DNA from: a virus
Length of the DNA stretch: 64,000 nucleotides
Reading direction: 5' to 3' (one strand)
Virus record (IMG/VR): IMGVR_UViG_3300045972_000071
Coordinates: 23,618 to 87,617 of that record
The translations under genes were made by a program, and so were the position numbers. Under the pieces are notes generated by a model. That model made no database searches and was not told where the DNA came from. It worked only from the letters and a program-made list of their open reading frames with translations. Positions 7,880 through 16,009 of the stretch are shown here, piece after piece. Position 1 is the first letter of the stretch. Every line of letters starts with the position of its first letter.

Positions 7880-8908
7880 ATGAAGATACAAAAGGATGTT
7901 CTGCTGTCTGCTCTTATGAAAGTTAAACCAGGTCTTGCAAAGAAGGAAATCATTGAGCAAGCCCAGCACTTCATCTTCTCTAACGGAGAAGTAACTACAT
8001 TCAATGACCAGGTATGTGTCATGCATCCTATCGAATGTGACTTTGACTTCTCTGTAAAAGGTGAAGAGTTTTACAAGATCATAAGCGGTATATCTGAAAA
8101 AGAAATTGACCTCACTATGAAAGAATCTACTCTCCATATCAAAGCGAAGGGCACAAACTGCAAGCTGTCCACACTGCTAGGAGATGCTGGATTTGTTGCT
8201 CCGCTTGTGCAAGTGTTGCGTGACGCAATATCATCTGACGGGTTCTGGAAGAAACTTCCTACAGAATTTCTTGATGGACTTTATCTGTGTGCGTTGTCTG
8301 CAAGTAAGGACTTGTCTACTGGTGTAAAGTCATGTGTTGCTATCAAAGGTGAGAACATTTACTCAACTGATGGATTACGTGCATCCTTGTATGTTATGGA
8401 TTCAAGTATCGAAGAGATAATGATTCCTGCCCGTGACGCTCTTGAACTTATCAAGTACAATGTCACGGAGTACGGTGCTTCTGAAAACTGGATGCACTTC
8501 CGCACTACTGATGGTACAGTGTTCAACTGCAAGTCAATGCGTGGTGATTATCCTTACGCTAAAGTTGACCGTCTGTTTGAAGATGCTGAACCTACTATCA
8601 TGTTTCCTGATACGATGAAAGAGTCAGTTTCTTCGGTTCTGATACTCGCTGAGGGAGATGTTGACATCAACAAGACTATAACCGTATCTGTGAAGAGCGG
8701 TAGCATCACGTGCCATGCGGAAAAAGAACGGGGCAGTATAGACAAAACTGTTGAATGTGATTACAGCGGAGACGCATTCTCCTTCGACATCAATCCGATA
8801 TTCTTTGCTCAGATATTGTCACATGCCCCTGGTCTTGCTCTCTTTGACAATCGTGCCATGTTCTTGTCAGATAATTTCTGGCACGTAATTGCATTACCGG
8901 CACAATAA
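7880..8908 (+). CDS. DNA sliding clamp, DNA polymerase III beta-like
   Basis: 342 aa; MKIQKDVLLSAL start, YSTDGLR, GDYP, FDINP motifs; next to the polymerase and loader. Confidence 0.8.
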   Translation: MKIQKDVLLSALMKVKPGLAKKEIIEQAQHFIFSNGEVTTFNDQVCVMHPIECDFDFSVKGEEFYKIISGISEKEIDLTMKESTLHIKAKGTNCKLSTLLGDAGFVAPLVQVLRDAISSDGFWKKLPTEFLDGLYLCALSASKDLSTGVKSCVAIKGENIYSTDGLRASLYVMDSSIEEIMIPARDALELIKYNVTEYGASENWMHFRTTDGTVFNCKSMRGDYPYAKVDRLFEDAEPTIMFPDTMKESVSSVLILAEGDVDINKTITVSVKSGSITCHAEKERGSIDKTVECDYSGDAFSFDINPIFFAQILSHAPGLALFDNRAMFLSDNFWHVIALPAQ

Positions 8909-9093
8909 TGCTTGATTCTAATCCAAGATTGAAACTGATGCTCACAAAATTAAAAGAACAGGTCGACCGTAACTTCATCGACAATGACTGGGCTTGTACT
9001 TTTGTGAATGATTGTCATTCCCGTGCTAGTAAAGGCGGGACTTTCACCGTTAAACAGATTGACAAACTTGAAGAATTATTTGAGAGGTACTAA
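8908..9093 (+). CDS. Hypothetical protein
   Basis: Coupled ORF; W..FV..T.KQ..KL pattern. Confidence 0.6.
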   Translation: MLDSNPRLKLMLTKLKEQVDRNFIDNDWACTFVNDCHSRASKGGTFTVKQIDKLEELFERY

Positions 9094-9297
9094 ATGGAGC
9101 AGCCAGAGAACACCATGATAGAGCGTCCGCAACTGTTTGTTCCCGATGGAATGAAGTTCATTCATGTCCTTCGTAAAGCAATGCAAGAAGCACGTAAGCA
9201 TGGTATTGATGAAGTAGCAATGGTAAGAGATATACAGAGTCATAATGACATCAAGGATAGAATGAATAAACTTCACATCTACTTTGAGGTGGTATAA
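9094..9297 (+). CDS. Hypothetical protein
   Basis: GAGG RBS; abuts both neighbours. Confidence 0.6.
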   Translation: MEQPENTMIERPQLFVPDGMKFIHVLRKAMQEARKHGIDEVAMVRDIQSHNDIKDRMNKLHIYFEVV

Positions 9298-11930
9298 TGG
9301 CAAAGGTGAGAGCATTCTTCGATGATGATGAACTTGACTCCGTAGGTATAAACGGGGCTGGAAGCGGTGCATGTGAGAAGTGTGGTTTAGTTTCAGGATG
9401 CAAGACACCTATGATGGGCTATACAGGTGAGGGGAAGAAGAGAATCCTCATCGTTGCAGAAGCCCCAAGCGAAGCAGAAGATAGAAGCGGTAAGCCGTTC
9501 ACAGGTGACACAGGTAAATGGTTTGCTGAAAAGTTACGCAATAAAGGTATTGACATTGATACTGATTGCTGGAAAACTAACTCTGTCGGCTGTCACCCCA
9601 CTAATCAGAAGGATTGCAAACCCACAAAAGCACAAGTCAAGCATTGTCGTCCACGTGTTATGCGTACTATCGCAGAACTTAAACCTAAGTATATATGGTT
9701 AATGGGTTCCGATGCCATCTATTCTTACTTCCATGAAAGAGAAAATAATACAAATGTTGATAGATGGAGAGGGCTGTGCATTCCTGATGTTGAAAAGAAA
9801 GCATGGATCATTCCATTGTATCATCCTGCTTATGCTTTAAAGTTAGAAAAAGACGACCATTTTCAATCTACATACGACAGGGATTTATCTCATGCCATCC
9901 GATGCTCTAAATTTGCAGACCTCCCAGAAGAAATGTCCCTCAAAGGGGCAAAGATCCTCAAGACTTATGAAGAGACCGTTGCCGCACTCGAAAGAGTATT
10001 GGATGAACGTCCGGATAGGTTCGCTTTCGATTATGAGACCACGGGTCTCAAACCCTATCGCTCAGGCCACAGAATAGCTACGGCATCCTTCTGCTCTGAT
10101 TATGATACCGCTTATGCATTCCCGTATCAGTATCGTAAGCATTGGGATAATAATCAGCTTACACGAATCGGTGATCTATGGTGTGATATCATGGAGCATC
10201 AAAAAATCAAGAAGATAATGCACAACCAGAAGTTTGAAGATATGTGGACACGTGAAATTATGGGTGTTGACATTGCAAACAAATGGTGGTGCTCAATGAA
10301 CACCGCACATATTCTTGATGGTAGAACAGAGTTCTCAGGTCTTAAATTCCAATCTTTAATTCGTTGGGGAATACCTGACTATGATTCTGAGATTGAAAAG
10401 TATCTGAAATCCCCTGATAAAAGCACACCATACAACAGGGTCATGGAAGCACCGCTGAATGACTTATTGCTGTATAATGCCATTGATAGTCTGCTTACAT
10501 TCAGATTACAAGAGGAGCAAGAAGATGAACTGGTAAAACTACCTAGTCAAGACAAAGCACGAAACTTCTTTCAGGGAGGGTTGAACACCTTATGTAACTT
10601 GCAAGAGAACGGTATCCCTCTCAATCGTCAATACTACTTGGATCAAGATATTGAGATAGGTAGCAGAATATTGAAGGCAAAAGAGTCTTTGCACAACTTT
10701 GATGAAGCAAAGCGTTTTCTCCGTGATAAAGGACGTGTCATAAACTTCGGCTCCTCTGATGATCTTGTCGAACTGTTCTTCAACGTCATGCAACTTCCGA
10801 AAGGGAAACTTACCCCGGGGGGTAAACCGTGTGTTGATGCAGGAGTGCTTGCTACGCTTAATACGCCCATTGCAAAAGAGATTACCAAGATTTCAAAATT
10901 AGAGAAGATCAAGGGAACGTACCTGGGTCAGTTTAATCGGGAGATAGAAGATGATGGAAAACTTCATCCGTTTTTTGATTTGCACACAACAAATACTTAC
11001 CGTGGTTCTTCTTCTTCACCCAACTTTCAGAACATACCAGTGCGAGATTTTGAGGCGATGTCGATCACTCGGGGTGGGATTATTCCTTCTTTGGGTAATC
11101 AATTGGTTGATTGGGATTACGGTTCTATGGAAGTTAGAATCATTGCCTGTGTTACGCAAGATCCTGTTTTAATGAGGTATATTGAAGATTCTACTTCTGA
11201 TATGCATAGAGACCAAGCAAAAGATTGGTTCTCTTTCACTGATGCAGAATGGGCGACTATCGACAAGAAACTGGCAAAAGCTGTCCGATTTGAATCAAAG
11301 AATGGATTCGTCTTTGCTGAGTTTTACGGATCATACTACGGCTCTATTGCCCGAACTATGTTCCCTAAGCTGAAAGAACTTTCTATCGGTGAAACTAATC
11401 TGTTTGAACATCTACGCAGTAAGGGTGTAATTCGATCACTCAGCACTGCCGCTGATGATTTTGAGAATCACACCAAGAGAGTTGAGCAAAGATTCTGGAA
11501 TAAGTTTAAAGCGGTAAAAAAGTGGCAAGAGAAAGCATTTGCATCCTATCTTGAAAAAGGATACATCGAACAGATGTTTGGATTCCGATGCGGGGGTTGG
11601 TTATCTAAGAATGATATATGCAACTACCCCATTCAGGGAACAGCATTCCACTGTCTAGTATGGTCACTAGGACAACTTGACAAGCGAATGAAAGACGAAC
11701 GTATGGACTCTTTGCTAATAGGGCAGATCCACGATTGCTGTCTTGGAGATATCACCGTAGATGAACACGATCATTGGTGCCACATGTCTCACAAGATAGC
11801 GACACAAGAGATTCGGGAAGCATTCAAGTGGATAATCGTACCTTTAGATATCGAATTTGAAGAGTCTGGAATCAATGAACCGTGGAGCGTGAAAAAAGAA
11901 TTTATGCCAAAGTTTTTAAATCATAGGTAG
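9297..11930 (+). CDS. Family A DNA polymerase with an N-terminal family-4 uracil-DNA-glycosylase-like domain and 3'-5' exonuclease
   Basis: UDG-like: CEKC, AEAPS, GKPFTG, GCHP, YHPAY. Exo: FDYETTG, HNQKFE, YNAID. Pol: TYRGSSSSPNFQN, DYGSMEVR, NYPIQGTA, QIHD. Confidence 0.95.
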   Translation: MAKVRAFFDDDELDSVGINGAGSGACEKCGLVSGCKTPMMGYTGEGKKRILIVAEAPSEAEDRSGKPFTGDTGKWFAEKLRNKGIDIDTDCWKTNSVGCHPTNQKDCKPTKAQVKHCRPRVMRTIAELKPKYIWLMGSDAIYSYFHERENNTNVDRWRGLCIPDVEKKAWIIPLYHPAYALKLEKDDHFQSTYDRDLSHAIRCSKFADLPEEMSLKGAKILKTYEETVAALERVLDERPDRFAFDYETTGLKPYRSGHRIATASFCSDYDTAYAFPYQYRKHWDNNQLTRIGDLWCDIMEHQKIKKIMHNQKFEDMWTREIMGVDIANKWWCSMNTAHILDGRTEFSGLKFQSLIRWGIPDYDSEIEKYLKSPDKSTPYNRVMEAPLNDLLLYNAIDSLLTFRLQEEQEDELVKLPSQDKARNFFQGGLNTLCNLQENGIPLNRQYYLDQDIEIGSRILKAKESLHNFDEAKRFLRDKGRVINFGSSDDLVELFFNVMQLPKGKLTPGGKPCVDAGVLATLNTPIAKEITKISKLEKIKGTYLGQFNREIEDDGKLHPFFDLHTTNTYRGSSSSPNFQNIPVRDFEAMSITRGGIIPSLGNQLVDWDYGSMEVRIIACVTQDPVLMRYIEDSTSDMHRDQAKDWFSFTDAEWATIDKKLAKAVRFESKNGFVFAEFYGSYYGSIARTMFPKLKELSIGETNLFEHLRSKGVIRSLSTAADDFENHTKRVEQRFWNKFKAVKKWQEKAFASYLEKGYIEQMFGFRCGGWLSKNDICNYPIQGTAFHCLVWSLGQLDKRMKDERMDSLLIGQIHDCCLGDITVDEHDHWCHMSHKIATQEIREAFKWIIVPLDIEFEESGINEPWSVKKEFMPKFLNHR

Positions 11931-11937
11931 TCAAAAC

Positions 11938-11948
11938 TGTGCTATTAT
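11938..11948 (+). promoter_or_regulatory. Extended -10 promoter motif
   Basis: TGTGcTATTAT, identical to the motif at 15277. Confidence 0.5.
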
Positions 11949-11988
11949 CAAAGTAACAGAAGTGCAAATAAGAAAGTAAGGAGTTATT

Positions 11989-12246
11989 ATGACATCAAAG
12001 AAGGCACAAGCATTTCAAGCTGATCTTGAAGAACTGGTCAAGAAACATGACGTTTTCTTGAACGGTACATTTCAGATGAAGGGCGAAGATGAGGACGACA
12101 TTGCCGTAGTGTCCATCGGACAAGCGTCTATTGGGGATGTTAAATCCAGTATGCATCATCTTCTGGAACAATCCTACAGTATCATTGCAGAAATTCTGAT
12201 CGAAAACATAACTTCGGGAGGGGACGCCAGTGCCACTACACATTGA
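11989..12246 (+). CDS. Hypothetical protein
   Basis: AAGGAG RBS; 85 aa. Confidence 0.65.
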   Translation: MTSKKAQAFQADLEELVKKHDVFLNGTFQMKGEDEDDIAVVSIGQASIGDVKSSMHHLLEQSYSIIAEILIENITSGGDASATTH

Positions 12247-13177
12247 CTGTCGCCCCTCGTCACTTGAAACAGTGATGGGGAATGAGGGAGTTAAAGATGC
12301 CCTCAGAAATAAATTCACGAAAAACCCCGGCACTGTGTTTGATCCACCCCATTCAGTTCTGTTCGTAGGACCATCAGGGTGCGGTAAAACTACTCTCGCA
12401 CGTATTACAGCTACAATGCTCGGATGTGCTCCAGAAGATGTTCAGGAATATAATTCCTCGAATAACAGGGGAATCGACACTATCCGGGAGATTGCACAAA
12501 ACTGTCTTTACTCTCCGACATTCGGCTCAGTGAAAGTTTACATTCTGGACGAAGTGCACCGCATGACAAAAGATGCCCAAAACGCTCTGTTGAAACTGCT
12601 GGAAGATACACCGAAGCATGTTTTCTTTCTGCTTGCAACAACTGACCCGGAAATGCTGATTAAAGCAATACTCACCCGGTGCATGAAATTTGAAGTGAAG
12701 TCATTGCCTAATCCACAAGTGATGAAACTTCTCTGTAATACCGTTCAAGATGCTGGCATTGCACTGACCGACTTCTCTGAAAAAGTGCTCCAACTCATTG
12801 TAAAGACAGCAGAAGGATGCCCTCGTCAAGCTCTCATTCTTCTTGACTCAGTAATTGATATAGAAGATGAAGAGAAAGCACTGGCAGCCGTATCAGAATC
12901 AACGGCAAGCAGTACGGAAAGTCTTGATCTTTGTCGCTTACTGCTTGAAACGAGAAAGAACAGATGGGATGATGCCCGATTCTTGTTGAAGGGATTGATG
13001 GATGATCCTGAGAAGATGCGTTATGGGATTCTCGGATACATGAATGCTGTTCTTATGTCGGACAACTGCAAAGACCCAGATCATGTATCCGGTGTGATTG
13101 ACATGTTCACAGAATCTTTCATGTACTCTGGCAAAGCAGGATTGTCCAATGCAGTATTTCAGGCTTGCAAACTGTGA
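12230..13177 (+). CDS. Clamp loader AAA+ ATPase, DnaX (gamma/tau)-like
   Basis: GPSGCGKTT, GIDTIRE, VYILDEVH, AQNALLKLLE, TRC. Confidence 0.92.
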   Translation: MPLHIDCRPSSLETVMGNEGVKDALRNKFTKNPGTVFDPPHSVLFVGPSGCGKTTLARITATMLGCAPEDVQEYNSSNNRGIDTIREIAQNCLYSPTFGSVKVYILDEVHRMTKDAQNALLKLLEDTPKHVFFLLATTDPEMLIKAILTRCMKFEVKSLPNPQVMKLLCNTVQDAGIALTDFSEKVLQLIVKTAEGCPRQALILLDSVIDIEDEEKALAAVSESTASSTESLDLCRLLLETRKNRWDDARFLLKGLMDDPEKMRYGILGYMNAVLMSDNCKDPDHVSGVIDMFTESFMYSGKAGLSNAVFQACKL

Positions 13178-13520
13178 TTGAGGGACTCTCAAGTACCGGT
13201 GGATTGGCGAATCTATCGACTGAGGACCTCCGTTGGTGAAGGAGTAGCGACCTCAGCAGTTTGCAATGATATAATACCCGGTGTCGGTAGAAGTCCGACT
13301 ATCTGCATCAAGCTGATGCGGAGAATACCCTTAACAGGTGAAAGATTGACGCTATGCCGGGACACAAGGACTTGGGAGTAGAACCCGCATCGGTAGCATG
13401 GCACCGACTCCCATATGATACCGTACTCTACATGCTGATTAGGCACGTGAATTTCGTGTCAGCTAAACAGAGTTCCTTAAACGGGTAAGGGGATATTGGT
13501 GACTCCCCACTAAATATTAT
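13178..13520 (+). ncRNA. Candidate structured ncRNA 1 (family unassigned)
   Basis: About 340-nt gap in a tightly packed operon, with at least 8 stems containing G-U pairs consistent with the + strand. Confidence 0.5.
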
Positions 13521-13530
13521 AGGAGATAAC

Positions 13531-13817
13531 ATGGGTGAATTAATTAAAACAGAAGTGTGATTATCCGAAATCGTAAAAACCTAAGCGAACAGATCCAGAT
13601 CATTATTGACTATGAAACACGCAAGATCGGTGTAGTTCATAATAGAGGAATGGAGATGATCGTGATTAGATCCGTTCTGTCTAATGATGTTGCTGTGTCC
13701 TATATTGAAACGGAAACTGAAAAGGGCCCTATTCCAACTAAAGACCCTTTTGATCCTGCTAGAATTAAAGTCGGCAATGGAATTCAAGATTGCACGTTCA
13801 CAACTGATAAGCCATGA
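13531..13817 (+). CDS. Hypothetical protein, apparently frameshifted (9-codon ORF, then an ORF from 13557)
   Basis: AGGAG RBS before ATG 13531. A GTGTG extra dinucleotide separates MGELIKTEV from IIRNRKN... Confidence 0.5.
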
Positions 13818-14059
13818 TACAACTACGTGTAAATACAGAGGTATTGGCTCCTTCCCTTGAAGAAGCTGAGTGGTTACGGGACTTGCTACAAAATCCTGTG
13901 TACGAAGACGAAACCCGCTCTGAAAAGAGAATGCGGGAAATATGGCACCCTGCTCTGGATGTGTACATAAAAACGCTGAAAGCACCTATGCACCCACAAT
14001 GTGGTACTTGTTTCAGAGATAAACCAGATCATGATTATGATGACGACATCCCCTTTTAA
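13814..14059 (+). CDS. Small protein ending in an SSB-type tail DYDDDIPF
   Basis: ATGA coupling; CGTC; C-terminal DDDIPF. Confidence 0.65.
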   Translation: MIQLRVNTEVLAPSLEEAEWLRDLLQNPVYEDETRSEKRMREIWHPALDVYIKTLKAPMHPQCGTCFRDKPDHDYDDDIPF

Positions 14060-14068
14060 GGAGAAGGT

Positions 14069-14770
14069 ATGAGTGAAAACAAAGATGAAGTTTTAAAGAT
14101 GCTTGGAATGATTAAACGCCCCGGGATGGATAAACTGATTGATTGGTTGTCAAATGAAACTGATTACTTCACGTCTCCGTCCTCTACGAAGTATCACGGC
14201 AACTACGAAGAGGGGTTAATTGACCACTGTCTGAACGTCTATGACTCACTCGCACTGCTCAATGCTGAATTTGGTGATAATGAGTATAGCGAGGAATCAT
14301 TGATGGTCGTAGCCTTGCTCCATGACATGTGCAAATGCAATACATACATTCCGAATGATGATCCTGCTTCCGATGCTCAGATCAAATATGCCCAGAGTTT
14401 GTTAGATCAGAATGGGAGAGAACCTCTTCCGAAAGTCAAACTCACAAAATGGTATGTCAGTAAGGTCATAGATCATCTGAAAAGCGGTGAAGGTGAGTTC
14501 CCTGAATTTGCAGCCGCATATAAAGTGAAAGATAAGTTTCCAATGGGACACGGAGAGAAGTCTCTATACCTCATTCAGAAGTTTATCCGTCTTTCTGATG
14601 AAGAAGCACTGGCAATACGTTGGCATCTCGGTGCGTTCGATCCTGGCTTTCACTTCGGATACCCCACAGGTTTCGCCACTCAGCAAGCAGTACGGGAATG
14701 TCCTCTTGTTACAATGACGATTTCAGCAGACTTTCTGGCCACTTGGATGGTCGATATTACAGTAAAATAG
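14069..14770 (+). CDS. HD-domain phosphohydrolase
   Basis: YHGNYEEGLIDHCLNV, ALLHDMCK, GHGEKS, AIRWHLG, AD. Confidence 0.9.
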   Translation: MSENKDEVLKMLGMIKRPGMDKLIDWLSNETDYFTSPSSTKYHGNYEEGLIDHCLNVYDSLALLNAEFGDNEYSEESLMVVALLHDMCKCNTYIPNDDPASDAQIKYAQSLLDQNGREPLPKVKLTKWYVSKVIDHLKSGEGEFPEFAAAYKVKDKFPMGHGEKSLYLIQKFIRLSDEEALAIRWHLGAFDPGFHFGYPTGFATQQAVRECPLVTMTISADFLATWMVDITVK

Positions 14771-14778
14771 GAGAACAC

Positions 14779-14964
14779 ATGTTTGAGCCGAAACTGAATG
14801 CACTGGTAGTTATCAAGAAGGGTAAATGTGATTGTGATGGATTATCTGCAGGGACTGTTGGATTTATAAAGTTCATTGAGCATCCAGATGCGTTCATGGT
14901 ACAAAAGCGTGATAGTGACAAGATACTGTGGCACTGTCGGGAATGTGTAACAGCATTCAAATAA
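14779..14964 (+). CDS. Hypothetical protein
   Basis: AGGAG RBS; MFEPKLN... Confidence 0.55.
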   Translation: MFEPKLNALVVIKKGKCDCDGLSAGTVGFIKFIEHPDAFMVQKRDSDKILWHCRECVTAFK

Positions 14965-14966
14965 TA

Positions 14967-15252
14967 TTAGCAGGGTTGGACAATGCTGAATGATTTCTCC
15001 ACTCATAAGCCCTGAAGGACACAACCGTTCATCGCTCCTGTTAGCTTCGCCGCTATAACGACAAGGTGACAAGTGTGTTGGTATAAGGAGAAATTGAGAA
15101 ATGTATGATACGTCATTCAGTCCCGGTGGGCGGGAAAACGTCAGGTGGGAGAGAAACCCATTGTAATGGTAGCCAATCCATTACTTAGTGGCAATGAGAC
15201 ACTGCCACATGAAGAACAATACTCTATAAGAAAATGCGAGCCCACTAGCTAA
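14967..15252 (+). ncRNA. Candidate structured ncRNA 2 (family unassigned)
   Basis: Ends pair (TTAGC/GCTAA), nested long-range stems, three hairpins and a possible pseudoknot; no credible ORF. Confidence 0.55.
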
Positions 15253-15276
15253 TTTTATTAAAAGGTAGAATAAAGA

Positions 15277-15287
15277 TGTGCTATTAT
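15277..15287 (+). promoter_or_regulatory. Extended -10 promoter motif
   Basis: TGTGcTATTAT upstream of the recombination operon. Confidence 0.55.
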
Positions 15288-15321
15288 CATTATGTAAGAG
15301 ATTGAATTGAAAGGAGAAATT

Positions 15322-15861
15322 ATGCCAGATGTAAGTTTTAAAGTTGAATTAGCCATTGATAAGAACAACCTCGATGTTTGTGCAATGCATCAACCTGAAT
15401 TGTATGCTCAGTGGGCTTGTAATTGGGCTGATGCTGTCAATGATCGGGACAGAAGCAAAGACAGATTATCTTTGGTAAGGAGTGAATGTGACACAGAAAT
15501 CAGATCAACTCCTAGTGAGTTCGGATGGACAAAAGTCGATAAGCCCCCTACGGAAGCATTTATTGCATCTGCTATTTGTGGACATCCAAACTTCGTTGAA
15601 GCAAATGAGGACTTCTTATCAGCCTGCCATGAGGTCAACATTCTGTCTGTCGCAAAGGAATCCTTCGAACAACGAAGAAAAATGATTGAAGTTTTGGTTC
15701 AACTGTATGTATCCTCATACTATTCAGGCAATAAGGATTTTGATCGTGCTTATGAACCTGCGGTAACAAAGTTGGCTGCCGAAGCACATTCAGAGCATCT
15801 GGAACAGAATCCACGTCTTGCCCGTAGAAAGTTGAAAACCGATGATTCTTCTAACAGTTAA
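15322..15861 (+). CDS. Putative recombination mediator, UvsY-like helical protein
   Basis: Helical sequence, just upstream of SSB and RecA; AAGGAG RBS before ATG 15322. Function inferred from context. Confidence 0.45.
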   Translation: MPDVSFKVELAIDKNNLDVCAMHQPELYAQWACNWADAVNDRDRSKDRLSLVRSECDTEIRSTPSEFGWTKVDKPPTEAFIASAICGHPNFVEANEDFLSACHEVNILSVAKESFEQRRKMIEVLVQLYVSSYYSGNKDFDRAYEPAVTKLAAEAHSEHLEQNPRLARRKLKTDDSSNS

Positions 15862-16009
15862 GGTATTACTTGCTATTTTCTTGGCGCTCATTCTGGCATA
15901 CTGCATAGGGCGTATGTTTGGCATGGGCTTTGGTAAGTCAATCACAACGATGTCGGCTAGCCTAAGAGGCACTACGACAAAAGGAGAGAAGAAACATGAA
16001 GCCCAGTGA
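15842..16009 (+). CDS. Small single-pass membrane protein (55 aa)
   Basis: MILLTVKVLLAIFLALILAYCIG...; fills the gap and overlaps both neighbours. Confidence 0.5.
   Translation: MILLTVKVLLAIFLALILAYCIGRMFGMGFGKSITTMSASLRGTTTKGEKKHEAQ

Noticed and set aside
13220-13256. CTGAGGA as a hammerhead ribozyme core
   Set aside because: No GAAA after the stem and no stem I/III arrangement.
14967-15252. RNase P, tmRNA, tRNA or group I/II intron identity for the structured regions
   Set aside because: I found no GAGGAAAGTCC core, T-loop/CCA end or domain V, and the flanking genes are not interrupted.
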